This document shows positions 13,229 to 25,994 of a stretch of DNA of 64,000 nt, piece by piece. Positions within the stretch are counted from its first letter, which is position 1; the number at the start of each line of letters is the position of its first letter. The stretch spans positions 5,766,001 through 5,830,000 of the forward strand of contig OX597825.1 of assembly GCA_951406725.2 (NCBI GenBank). The letters are read 5' to 3'. The translations under genes were made by a program, and so were the position numbers. The stretch comes from Octopus vulgaris (Eukaryota). The notes beneath the pieces are model-generated. The model was not told the origin of the DNA. It saw nothing but the letters and a program-made list of their open reading frames with translations, and ran no database searches.

Positions 13229-13903
13229 CAGACATGGAGTAAATAGGTACCCCATAAAACGTCGTTTTATGTTTAATCTAACTTGTAAATGTTTATATTT
13301 ATAATTAATTGACATTTTTATGTTTCAGGTTCTATGTGTGACTGTTTAATCATGCCATGTATAAAAGAAACCTTGGAACTGCCTGAATTCCAAAGATGCC
13401 GTATTGTGGGTCATTCCGAAGGCGGACATAGCGTAAAATCGCAGGAAACTTTGGGACCCACTTTCTACAGTTAAAAGAGTGATTGTGCAATTCACCAGAG
13501 AGGGGAAGGAGTCCACGTCACCTCACCCAGATCAATCAAGGCCCTCTGACAGGACCCTTCTCTTTGTTAAGAGAAGTGTGTAGGATAATACTCGTTGCAA
13601 GGCCTCTGACATTGCAAAACATGTTGATGTTAGTCCCAAAACAGCTGTCAGGTATCTCCACAAACTTGGTTACTATGGCAGAGCAGCAAGAAGGAAGCCA
13701 GTCCTTCGACCAGCCAACATCAACCGGAGAAAAGATGGAGCCAGTGAGATGAGGAAGAGGCCACTAGCATTTTGGGACACTGTCATATTCTTTGATAAGT
13801 ACAGATTTGCTGTAATTCCTGACAGTGGTCAGGTGTGGGTCAAGAGAATCTGATCAAGAATTTAATGTGAAAAGATTGCTGCCAGCAATGAAGCAAGGCA
13901 GCG
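13229..13903 (+). mobile_element. Tc1-like transposon 5' half; disrupted transposase from ATG 13352
   Basis: TA|cag terminus; LPEFQRCRIVG...STVKRVI...LHKLGYYGRAARRKPVL...WDTVIFFDKYRF...VWVKR with stops and frameshifts. Confidence 0.9.
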
Positions 13904-13923
13904 CTATTCCATATATGTATGTG

Positions 13924-13973
<50 letters not shown>

Positions 13974-13997
13974 CATATACATATATACGTGTAAGTG

Positions 13998-14029
<32 letters not shown>

Positions 14030-14032
14030 TAT

Positions 14033-14080
<48 letters not shown>

Positions 14081-14276
14081 GTATATGTATGTATGTATTT
14101 ATATATATATATAAGTATGTATGTATGTATGTATGTATGTATGTATACATATATATGCATGTATATATATAAGTATGTATACACAATATATATTTAATGG
14201 TTGGGTTTGTGTGTATGCACACATCCAAGGGCGTGGGTAACATGAACCAGTGGCTGATATTACAGCTGCTCTGTTG

Positions 14277-14308
<32 letters not shown>

Positions 14309-14613
14309 CATACATACATACATGCATAAATGCACACACACACATACATACGCTCACTCTTCACCCCACCCCCTAGATCCAATCATGAGTAATGTATGCT
14401 TGCGTATGTGTGTGTACTTGCGTGTATTTTAGTGTGTGTGTGCATTATGTGTATTGCATCGAATATGTGTGCACACGCCAGCCAATATGCACGTGTTAAC
14501 ATGATATCCCGGACAAGGAATTTATACTCAAATGTTTCGTGCAGCCATGCTATAAGTACTTCCGACCCTATGCACTCGAAATATAAGACCTTTTGAATAT
14601 TTGTATAAAAGAA

Positions 14614-14904
14614 GGTGGCGAGCTGGCAGAAAGGTTAGCACGATGAGCGAAGAGCTTAAAGGTATTTCGTGTGCCGTTACGTTCTGAGTTCAAATTCCAC
14701 TGAGGTCGGTTTTGCCTTTCATCCGTTCGGTGTCGATAAATTAAGTACCAGTTACGCACTGGGATCGATGTAATCGACTGGCCCCGCCTCTCTAAAAATT
14801 TCGAGCCTTGTGCCTAGAGTAGAAAAGAAGGCGGCGAGCTGGCAGAAACGTTAGCACTCCGGGCAAAATGCTTAGCGTTTCGGGCCCTCTGCCTAGAGTA
14901 GAAA
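14614..14904 (+). mobile_element. SINE family A dimer (full plus internally deleted unit) with 19 bp target-site duplication
   Basis: Heads at 14614 and 14830; tgaatatttgtataaaaga at both 14594-14612 and 14905-14923. Confidence 0.88.
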
Positions 14905-15108
14905 TGAATATTTGTATAAAAGACAAAAAAAAAAAGGAAGGAAAAATGGATGGAACCCAGAACTTTGATATGTATGTGCATATGTGTTGGTATATGTATA
15001 TCGAAGGCGCGTGGATTAATGGTTTGGGTATTGGTCTCACGAGTGTAAGGTCGTGAGTTCAATTGCCAACAGCGCTTTTATACCCTTGTGCGAGACACTT
15101 TAATAAGT

Positions 15109-15181
15109 ATCTTCAACGTCTATTGAAGATCTTCCTGCATTTGTGATTTTCTGGGAAATGCTTATCCAGATAAGCATTTCC
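15109..15181 (-). mobile_element. Short Penelope ORF fragment (LDKHFPENHKCRKIFNR) with hairpins at both ends
   Basis: Reverse-complement match to 12670-12737. Confidence 0.75.
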
Positions 15182-15210
15182 TAGAGAACCTCAATACATA
15201 CATATACACA

Positions 15211-15311
<101 letters not shown>

Positions 15312-15347
15312 GAATAGGAAATACAAAATCTGTGGTACAGTATTATA

Positions 15348-15581
15348 CAGGGTTGGTCAAATGTCACCCGACAGTAAATCAAAATTGCATAAATACTCTC
15401 TGTAATTCTGTATTGACTTGAATGGAAAAAATGTGTCGCTCAAGAAGGACTTCAGTTTGAACAATTTTTATGATGTTTTATATCTAGATGCTTTTATTAA
15501 ATTGATTCAGTTGTTAAGCATAAATAAATCTTGGAATTAAATGGTTTTGATTTACTGTCAGGTGACTCTTGGCCAACCTAG
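15348..15581. mobile_element. Tc1/mariner-type MITE
   Basis: ~37 bp TIRs cagggttggtcaaatgtcacccgacagtaaatcaaaa / ttttgatttactgtcaggtgactcttggccaacctag, with TA on both sides. Confidence 0.88.
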
Positions 15582-15714
15582 TATATTTGAAAAAATTAAT
15601 AGAAATGGCGCTTTTGATAATTTTTCCACTTTAATAATTAGATGTTTATAAGTTTACAAAATCTAATTATCAAAGTGGGAAAATTACCAGAAAAGCCATT
15701 TCTATTCACTTTTT

Positions 15715-15857
<143 letters not shown>

Positions 15858-16030
15858 GGATATGTATATGTATATGTATGTATGTATTTATGTATGTATG
15901 TATGTATGTATGTATGTATGTATGTATATCAAGTATATAATTTAAGTTATAGAACGAAGTTTGACATATTCAGTCATATTTTCATAAATGGAGATTAGAT
16001 GTTAATACGGGATAAAATATTTATTCAATT

Positions 16031-16110
16031 CGATATACGATCGTTTCGTACAGAAAGACAATAAATTCATCTCAAGAATCTGAGTTGTCAAAGAGTACTC
16101 GTCAGTAGCA
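16031..16110 (-). ncRNA. Type I hammerhead ribozyme motif with intact core
   Basis: Minus strand: CUGACGA-GUAC..(GACAA/UUGUC)..GUAC-GAAA-CGAUCG-UA; palindromic stem III; stem I imperfect. Confidence 0.82.
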
Positions 16111-16556
16111 CAATAAGAAAAAATAAGAACTTAATAAAGAAAATGGTGGACTTTAGAGGTGCATGGGTATTGTGTTCTTACCAATTTTTAATATGTAATT
16201 GTTCTAGAAGCCATGTCTATTTAAAACACGACTAACGGGCAACGATTAGGTGATGATATATATATAACATATATAACAAATACAGGTAACTTTCTCTCTA
16301 TAGATTAGTGCAAATGAGCTGGTTTTAAACTCCATATAGGAAATAAGAAGCAAGTATATTATTTCTTCTCTACCGACATCATGCAGTCTCTGTATAGACA
16401 TATGGATTTACCGATGGAAAAATCTGCAGAGGATAGTAAAACAAACGAACTGGAGCTTATCTACACTCACGGGAGTTAGCCAGCATTATTAAGGGGTAAA
16501 AAGTGAATAAGGCACCCGCTCGGATTGTATATCCCTACCAACCTAATTTGGAAATT

Positions 16557-16634
<78 letters not shown>

Positions 16635-16934
16635 ACGCGTGCATACTTTATGCGGTAGTCCACGCAGCTGGCAAATATGAGTTGTACGTGTCTATCAAAT
16701 GACCAGCCTTGTCACACATCCAGTGTGTCACACGAATTTCCCAGAGGACAAGGTGAAGGCTGCGCGTGTCTGTGGAGCGCTCAGCCACTTGGACGTTAAT
16801 TTCATGAACAGGCTGTTCCGATAATAACCTTCGTCGTTATTACGACCGAGTGCTACAGTGTATGTGCGCGCATGCGTGCGTGGATTTGTGTGAACTCTTC
16901 CAAATATTGCCTGGTTACGTAGACTAATTGTGGG

Positions 16935-17165
16935 GGCGTGTGGCTTAGTGGTTAAGGGTGTTGGACTCATGATCGTAAGATTGTGGTTTCGATTCCTGGA
17001 CCGGGCAACGCGTTGTGGTCTTGAGCAAAACACTTCATTTTCACGTTGCTCCAGTCCGCTCAGCTGGCGGAAAAGCGAACCCCTGCGACGGACCGGTGTC
17101 CCGTCCAGATAAGAAATATATACCCCATGGAACCCGAAAAACTGGCCCTATGAGTTTATATGACT
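16935..17165 (+). mobile_element. SINE family C, tail type 3
   Basis: ggcgtgtggcttagtggttaagg head plus cttgagcaaaacacttcatttt core. Confidence 0.8.
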
Positions 17166-17308
17166 CAAAAATGAATTTTAATGTAGCCTAATTGACTCAG
17201 GATTGTACTGATTCCTACATGTGTGCGCTTCAGAACCGCGTTTATTCATATGCATCGACATATCTTTATATGCATGTAACACACATACACAATTCAACAC
17301 AGAGCTAC

Positions 17309-17731
17309 TTATTTCTTTATTGCCCACAAGGGGCTAAACATAGAGGGGACAAACAAGGACAGACAAAGGGATTAAATCGATTACATCGACCCCAACGAAA
17401 CTGGTACTTAATTCATCGCCCCCAACGAAAGGATGAAAGGCAAAGTCGACCTCGGCGGAATTTGAACTCAACGTCACGGCAGACGAAATACCTATTTCTT
17501 TATTACCCACAAGGGGCTAAACACAGACAGGACAAACAAGGACAAACAAATGGATTAAGTCGATTACATCGACCCCAATGCACAACTGGTAATTAATTCA
17601 TCGCCCCCCCCCCAACGGAAGGATGAAAGGCAAAGTCGACCTCGGCGGAATTTGAACTCAGAACGTAGCGGCAGACGAAATACCGCTAAGCATTTCGCCC
17701 GGCGTGCTAACGTTTCTGCCAGCTCGCCGCC
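17309..17731 (-). mobile_element. SINE family A with tandemly duplicated 3' part
   Basis: Two ~180 bp units tatttcttta..cccacaaggggctaaac; head ends gccagctcgccgcc. Confidence 0.9.
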
Positions 17732-17754
17732 AACACACAGCCACTACAATACAA

Positions 17755-17990
17755 CATCCAACACTAAAATAAACTGCTATCACACTACAATGCACCACTA
17801 AAACGATACGACGCTTTCTTATACTACACTGCAGTACACTACCGATACACTACATTACACTGCTAACATCATACAATACACCGCCGCTACAATAAAATAC
17901 CCTACTATCACTACACTACAATACACTACCACTACACTGCAACACCCTATTGCTATTGCGATACCATACACTACCACTACACTATAATGC
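17755..17990. repeat. Degenerate (ACACT/ACAAT)-like pentamer array
   Basis: Repeated tacactac / tacaatac units. Confidence 0.6.
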
Positions 17991-18129
17991 ATTTCAGTAG
18001 AATTTCATTTTTTTACATTTAGAACGCGCTTAGGTCTATCATGAGCCCCAGGGCTGTTCAGGTCGGATTCAGTACGATTTCCGTAGTGATCAAATGATTG
18101 GGATTATAACGCCTCCCCTCCTCCCCTCC

Positions 18130-18382
18130 TACTCACTTCCTGCGTTCGCGATGCTTCATCAACCAAAGAGGTGATGGAAGCCTCAGTGAAAGAGTTCTTC
18201 GCCTCGAAGAACAAGAACCAGTCTCAGCGTGGGTTCGAAGAATTGGTCGAAAGGTGGACTCACACTCTGCGACACGATGGCCGCCATTTTAAATGGTAGG
18301 CTGCTTTTGTCTGTAACTTGACGAATAAAGGAAATAAGGGGCCAAAATATTTCAAGACCTTTGACCAAACACAAGAATTATA
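18130..18382 (+). mobile_element. Mariner 3' remnant
   Basis: EASVKEFFASKNKN..RGFEELVERWTHTLRHDG resembles a mariner transposase C-terminus. Confidence 0.75.
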
Positions 18383-18419
18383 CAGTTTCTAACACACACA
18401 CATACAGACAGACAGACAG

Positions 18420-18485
<66 letters not shown>

Positions 18486-18880
18486 GGGGAGGAAGGGGGG
18501 AGAGAGATGGAGAGATAGTCAGAGGGAAAAGGGATGGATAGATAGATAGATACATACATACATACATACATACATACATACATACATACATGCATGCATG
18601 CATACATACATACATACATACATACATACATACATACATACATACATACATACATACATAAATACATACATGCATACATATATGTGTTTCCGTTTCCCTA
18701 TATCCTTTTCATCGGTCATTGCCAGATTAATCTCTAATTAGATGTCGACCACTGTCAGCGCACAAATACCCCGACTGGACGAATTAAGATGGATTTTAAT
18801 CAAAGCATGCGTGTCTGGTTACTGTTGCCTATATGTGTGTGTGTATGTGTGTCTTTATGTGTGTGTGTTTGTCTTTGTGT

Positions 18881-18917
<37 letters not shown>

Positions 18918-19730
18918 CTTTGTGAATATGTGTGCGTCTGTGTGTGAATGTGTGTATTTGTGTGCATTATTGCGAGTGTGCGTGTGTGTGCGCGCGTGTA
19001 TGTTTTCCTTGTGCATATGTGTGTGTGTGTCTATGTGTGAATGAGTGTATGTGTGTGTGTGTGTTTGGGCATGTGTGTGTGTATGCACGCGCTCAAAATT
19101 CGGTGGTATCTGTATTGTACTATCGTATCTATCGCGCGTATAATATTTTACGAGATCACAAACATTAATCGTCTCCCAAGACCCCACCCCACCCACCCAA
19201 CTCCTTACTGGTTCATTGTAACATGCTTCATGGCTTATTAGAACATACCAATAAAATAAGAGATTGCATACCCGGATATATTTTGTCTAAATAGATCGTG
19301 TGTAATTTATCATATTTAATCCTATACCAATAGATGGCTGATAGATTAAATGTCCTTTTACGTGTGAAGCAAATTTACATCGATCACCGATAACCGATCT
19401 TGCCTCGTCCTATTACATATGTGAAACATATGTCACAATTCTAGACAAACGTATTATTTGCTCTGCAAAATGTAAATCCTGCAACCTTTATAATCTTAAC
19501 AGAGGTCAATATTCTCATTGAGATGAATATTCGGATTAAATTTCTGTAATTCACAAGAAACTGTTATCTCTTCTGACGTGTGGCCAAGTGGTTAGGGGTG
19601 TTCTGTTCAGGATGATAAGATCATGAGTTCGATTTCTAGACCCGGCGACGCGTTGTTTCTTGGAATAGGGCACATCAGTTCACACTGCTCCAGTCAATTC
19701 ATCTGCAAACTAATACTAGCTCAAGAACAT

Positions 19731-19980
19731 AAATGCGCCCTTTTAAAGCCTAGCCAGGCTCCTGTGCCCGGTTTCCCGGTTTCAATGGCGTATGTGTTCC
19801 CCAGCTGGACGGGACACCAGTGCATCGCAGCGTTACTCATTTTTGCCAGCTGAGTGGACTGGAGCAACGTGAAATGAAGTGTTTTGCTCAAGTACACAAC
19901 GCGTCGCCCGGTCCAGGAATCGAAACCACAATCTTACGATCATGAGGCTGACACCCAACCAACTAAGCCACGATTCTCCA
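19731..19980 (-). mobile_element. SINE family C, tail type 3
   Basis: Matches 6631-6878; a partial + strand copy abuts at ~19580-19710. Confidence 0.85.
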
Positions 19981-20319
19981 CAGCTCAAGGACATACTGCC
20001 CCCTTTCTCTGCATTTTACATTGTTTTAATGGCCTCTTTTCCTTAGGGCTGACCTGTCTCTTACATTCTCCGTTCATGCTTCCCCGGCACACATACACAG
20101 CCCATTTCTTACCCTCTCGTCTCAAACCGGCTGGTGCAGCCCACTCTTCCTTCAGCTGTTACATTGTCGGTGTTCTACTGGGACATTGTGAGGAAGGCCG
20201 GAGAAGTATTGCATGTCTGACCGTGACTACATAGGCCGTAGGTACCAATAGCAATTAAGGAACGCTTGATATAGATTACCAAGGTACACATACACACACA
20301 CACACACATACGCACACAC

Positions 20320-20417
<98 letters not shown>

Positions 20418-20576
20418 ATTGGCAGGGCTGGCCTGCTAGGTAGCCGGCCAGAATGCTAGAAAAAGATCATCAACGATCAAACTACAAGGGAAATTCTCTA
20501 GAGGAAGAATTCAGCGAACACCAGAACCAAATTTGGCGGGCAGGACATATGAAAAATTAAATAAAAAACAGACTTA

Positions 20577-20652
20577 AATGCATACCTCGGTTTCGGTCTT
20601 AACAAAAGAATTACTTGCATAATTCAAGTGTCCGTGACTTCTTCAGTACATT
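20577..20652 (-). ncRNA. Type I hammerhead ribozyme motif with extended stem II
   Basis: Minus strand: AAUGUA-CUGAAGA-AGUC..GACA..GAAUUA/UAAUUC..UGUU..GACC-GAAA-CCGAGG-UA-UGCAUU; 6 bp stem I. Confidence 0.82.
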
Positions 20653-20890
20653 CGGTCCTCGAGATGCAAACTGAAAGACTAACCCCAACTCTCTGTGTCA
20701 AGACAGACACGTGCTTAGTCTTACTGATTACATCGGGAATAAAATTTCAAATGTCTTGGTTCTGGGGCGCTAAGAGACTCCTGAAGCGAAGGGCTGCAGT
20801 GAATAATTCACTGCGGGTAATGCTTACAACTAGGGAACGTATTTATTTAAATATTTAAAAATTTTTAATTTAAAAATTTAAAAATTTAAA

Positions 20891-21058
<168 letters not shown>

Positions 21059-21077
21059 TGAATTTTTTTTCATCCTT

Positions 21078-21115
21078 ACTCTCCAAGATGCATTTCGAAA
21101 CATGTGTAGAAGAGT
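21078..21115 (+). ncRNA. Deleted hammerhead remnant
   Basis: ACUCUCC-..AAGA..-GAAA-CAUGUG-UA-GAAGAGU; stem I and the 3' core are present, CUG and most of stem II are missing. Confidence 0.45.
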
Positions 21116-21460
21116 CAACTTATGCATTAAAAATGGAGAACGACACTTTCAACACCTCTCATAAAGTTTTTTTAAAGTCTTGTAAAGTCTAATATATTCT
21201 TTTGTAGTCTTATACCATCCTATAAATATTTATTTTGCAATAAAATACTGCGGAGAGACTTTTTGAATATCCCGTACGAGCAGTTTATTAAAACAGGCAT
21301 GAGCTAATAAATACATTTCTTTAAAATGTTTGATTTTTTATACATTACGTATTTTTCCGTGCGAGGTTGCATACTCTGGAACCTACTGCCGACGTATGTT
21401 GAAGTATGGCTGTGTATTTCTTTTTTTTAAACAAAAAAAATAATAATAATAATAATAATA

Positions 21461-21622
21461 GGCGCAGGAGTGGCTGTGTGGTAAGTAGCTTGCTAACCAG
21501 CCACATGGTTCCGGGTTCAGTCCCACTGCGTGGCATCTTGGGAAAATGTCTTCTGCTATAGCCTCGGGCCGACCAATGCCTTGTGAGTGGATTTGGTAGA
21601 CGGAAACTGAAAGAAGCCTGTC

Positions 21623-21682
<60 letters not shown>

Positions 21683-21890
21683 CTGTGTCTGTGTTTGTTC
21701 CCCTAACATTGCTTGACAACCGATGCTGGTGTGTTTACGTCCCCGTCACTTAGCGGTTCGGCAAAAAGAGACCGATAGAATAAGTACTGGGCTTACAAAA
21801 AGAATAAGTCGCGGGGTCGAGTTGCTCGACTAAAGGCGGTGCTCCAGCATGGCCGCAGTAAAATGGCAGAAACAAGTAAAAGAGAGAAAG
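21461..21890 (+). mobile_element. SINE family B, apparently full length, with internal (TA)n(GT)n
   Basis: tRNA-like A box (gtggctgtgtggtaag) and B box (gggttcagtccc); the 3' half recurs at 25690-25890, 39640-39840 and 51620-51830. Confidence 0.9.
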
Positions 21891-22321
21891 AGAGAATAAA
21901 CGAAAATAAAATAAAATAAAAAGTTTTCATGCTTTTTTTCACATTCTTCAAGTGTGAAAGTCGGGTCACCGGGAACTTTTTTTTATTTAATTTATGGTGT
22001 TCGCAGGACAAAACAAAACGAAATAAATAAAGTCTGCGCTAATATACGAAACGAGGAGATAATTGCATGTGTTCATTAAAGACCATGAATGAATGGTATT
22101 GTCGAAGGTTTTATTTGTTTGTTTCTTTGTTGCTTTGTTTATTTGTTTTTGTTTTTTTGCTTGTTTTTCGTTCATTACTTTACAATTACAATTAATTTAT
22201 GCAGAACTTTTCCATTGAATTTAACATCCGGATTTACAGGATCGGCCGCCATATTTTAACTTTTGCTTTTGCCTGTTTTTAATTTGGCATTTTGGAGTGT
22301 GTGTGTGTGTCTGTGTGTGTA

Positions 22322-22365
<44 letters not shown>

Positions 22366-22531
22366 TGAGTGTGTGTGTGTCTGTGTGTGTGTTTATTTTA
22401 CGCTTGTTTAGATGAGTTGGAAGTGGAATGTAGATTAAATGATTGTGGCAGAAAGAGAAAGCGAGAGAGAGAGAGAGAGACCGACCGATAGACAGATAAA
22501 GAGAGTAAGAGACAATGAGAGAGACAGAGGC

Positions 22532-22568
<37 letters not shown>

Positions 22569-23010
22569 AGTGAGTGTCGTATTGTTCACTATAGTGACGA
22601 TGGGGGAGGTGGAATAGATGAATGTACTGTTGTATTTCTTACGGTTGATGATGATGATGTTGTTGTTGTTGTTATTGTTGTGGTTGTTGCCGTAATTGCT
22701 GGCGTTGTCATCGCTTTTCTAATGTTAATAAATGTTGCCATTGTTACTGTGGTTGCTATTGCAGACATTGTTGCTAATGTTCGTGTGAAAGACAACCTTT
22801 TAAAATATCGTATAACCGAGTCGGCGATTAGGTTTCGATTCTCTGGAGTCGCCATCTTACCGACCATAGCTATTTTGCGAATTTTGAGAAAAGATATGAC
22901 TGTCAGTCCATCAGATTTCAGTCGATTTATACGTCGAAGGTGTGGGAGTGCATAACATTGTGGGTTAAGGTTCTTAGACACACAATCATAAGACCGTGAA
23001 TTCGAATCCT

Positions 23011-23470
23011 GAGCCGAGCCGAGCCAAGCCGAGCCGAGCCAAGCCGAGCCGAGCCGAGCCAAGCCGAGCCGAGCCGAGCCGAACCGAACCGATCCGAACC
23101 GAGCCGAACCGAACCGATCCGAACCGAACCGAACCGAGTCAAGTTGAGCCGAACCGAGCCGAACCGAGCCAAGCCGAGCCGAAACGAACCGAGCCGAGCC
23201 GAGCCGAACCGAGCCGAGCCGAACCGAACCGAGCCAAGTTGAGCCGAACCGAGCCGAGTCAAACCAAGCCAAACCGAGTCGAGCCGAACCGAGTCGAGCC
23301 GAACCGAACAGAGCCAAGTCAAGCCGAACCGAGCCGAACCGAGCCGAACCGAGCCAAGCCGAGCCGAACCGAGCCGAGCCGAGCCGAGCCGAACCGAACC
23401 GAACCGAGCGAGCAAAACCGAGCCGAACCGAGTTGAGCCGAACTGAACCGAGCCAAGTCGAGCCTAGCCG
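23011..23470. repeat. (CCGAG/CCGAA)n CpG-rich pentamer array
   Basis: ~90 units directly visible; source of the spurious 387 aa ORF. Confidence 0.95.
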
Positions 23471-24633
23471 AGCTTTGTGTCGTTGCATAAGACACTTTAT
23501 TTCGCGATGTTTGCGATTCAATTGAAAATCAGTGGCATCTGCTGCAAACGGGTGCCTCTTAAAACTGATACTTATTTTATCGACTCCGAAAATGATGAAA
23601 GGCAAAGTCAACCTCGGCGAAATGTTTAGCGGTATTTCTTTATTAACCACAAAGAGTAAAGAACCGGAAGAAATAATGTTTTCTACTCTAAGCAGAAGGA
23701 CCGACATTTTAGGGGAGTGGGAGCAGTTGATTATATCGACCCCAGTACGCAACTGGTACTAGTACCTGATTTATCGACCTCGAAAGGATGAAAGGCAAAA
23801 TCGACCTCAGCGGAATTTGAACCCAGAACGTAAAGAGTAGGAAACAATAATGGTTTCTTTATTAACCACCAAGAGCCGGAAGAAATAATACAATGCATTT
23901 TGTCAACTCTTTGAGGAATCTATCCTATCTCCAACAACAACATCAACAACAACGTAAACAAAACATTTTTGTGTAATTTTAGCAGATTTAAAGCTAAGTT
24001 AGGAAACATTGATGAACAAGAAGAGAATTTCATTCGTTGAATGATGTTCACAATGGCTAAAGTTCTTCTCGCCGAATTTAGTAGTTGCCTTTATCTCCTG
24101 GAAAGTGAATGCCACTTTTGTTCTCTTTGCTGTTAATCTACTAATCGGTTTGCTACATGTTCTTAAGTGGGTGAGGGGTCCATGGAATTTACACGATCTA
24201 AAATATAAGACTATTTTTATAAACACTATATCAATTATAACACTTTATCTATTATAATGTCGCTGGGAAAGTACTCTAGGGAGACCTTCCATTGACTTGC
24301 TCTCTGAACAGTGTGCCTGTTCAGGCAACGTCGGTTTCATAGATACAGTGAGCTAATGTGCGGCAGGAACCTTTGATCGCTATAAACAAATCATTTGTAA
24401 AGGTCGTTCGGCAAAGACTGAACGATGATACGTCGTCTTCGACGGGATGGTACGATGTATATCTATATTTGTGGGTTCGATTCTGCCTGAGGTTAGCTCA
24501 TCCTTTTTTTCGGTCATATGTTTGTATTTGAAAATTATCGCTTCAAATCGGAGAATAAATATTATGATATATTATTATTATTACTATTGTTTTATATCTA
24601 TCTCTCTCTATATATAACGAGTTGTATTTATTT

Positions 24634-24739
24634 ATCACCCGACGAGATACGCCTGCACCACCGGATGCTCCTGAACCAGTTGTTGAGTGTCCCATCCATA
24701 AGCGATCGATGTTAGATGTGTCGAAACAACTGTTGCGAT
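24634..24739 (+). ncRNA. Type I hammerhead ribozyme motif (U4C core, large stem II insert)
   Basis: AUCAC-CCGACGA-GAUAC..GUGUC-GAAA-CAACUG-UU-GCGAU, then AATAAA and (TA)n. Confidence 0.7.
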
Positions 24740-24770
24740 CAATAAATTCTCGTATATTCCATCTTTCGTC

Positions 24771-24809
<39 letters not shown>

Positions 24810-25689
24810 ATTTGATTTTGATTTTTCTAGTTTCAGCTAATGAGCTGTGGCCATGGTGGGGCACTGCATATATATATATATATATATATGTATGTATATA
24901 TTCGTGCGTGAGGGGATTCTTTGTAGCATTTCCATATAACCATGTTGCCAACCATCTCTTTTTTCAAACTAGATACACGTTAACAATCATTATTTTCTGC
25001 TGGCATTAGCATTTCCAGCTTTCAGCAAATAAAGACACCAATAAATGAATCTGCGTTCGATATGCACTTGCGCCTTCTTTTTCACATAATCCGAAACCAT
25101 ATTTAGCCTAATTTTCATGGCGTGATTCTATATTAAGAAGTTAGATTCTGAAGCGTATAACTTCGGGTTCAGTTCCACCACGTGGCACCAACGGCAAGTG
25201 TTTTCTGTTCTAGGCTCCATGCTGACCGCAGTCAGTTCTATGTTCGCTTCTCCGAGGATCTGGCTCGCGTTGGTCAGCCACATGCCACATCGTCGCAGCC
25301 GATGGGGAATTATCTCGCAGAGATGGGGATTGACAGAGAATCTGCATGGAATGTTGCGCTGGACGACCCCAGTAAGTACCGACAAATGGCGGAAGTATAA
25401 ATGAGCAGAATCAGTGCTTCACCCACGCATATCACACCTGACCTGAGTATATCTCACCTTGAATTAACAATGCTATTATTTCCATTTTAAAGTTATCTCT
25501 ATAAGATCTTCTATCGAATTCAGAGCCAGAAGTAAATGGCGGTGCCCCAGCATGGCCACAGCTCGTGAGCTGAAACTAGATAAAATAAAATAAAATAAAA
25601 ATAAAAATAAAAATTTTTTAAAAAGTGTAAGTTACGATGAAACCTATATAAATACGTCAAGGTAAACAGTGCGATCGAAGATAGGAAAA

Positions 25690-25913
25690 TAGGACTTGTT
25701 TCCGTCAAAAGATTGACTGCGACCATGCTGTAGCACCACCCTGAAAGGCTTTTAGTCGAGCAAGTCACCCCAGGACTAATTTTGTAAGCCTAGTAATTAT
25801 TCTATCGGTGTCTTCAGCCGAATCGCTGAAGTTACGGGGGCCTAAACACACCAACACCGGTTGTCAAGCAGTATTGGGGACAAACACACACACACATACA
25901 CATACACACACAC

Positions 25914-25994
<81 letters not shown>

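Noticed and set aside
18276-18296. YY1-like ggccgccatttt motif
   Set aside because: Lies in the mariner transposase C-terminal codons
23011-23470. CRISPR-like or telomeric array
   Set aside because: Continuous 5-mer tandem repeat with no spacers, not TTAGGG, and in a eukaryotic context
22589-23752. 387 aa ORF, the longest in the window
   Set aside because: Made of the pentamer array, (GTT)n-like repeats and antisense SINE sequence; no protein-like content
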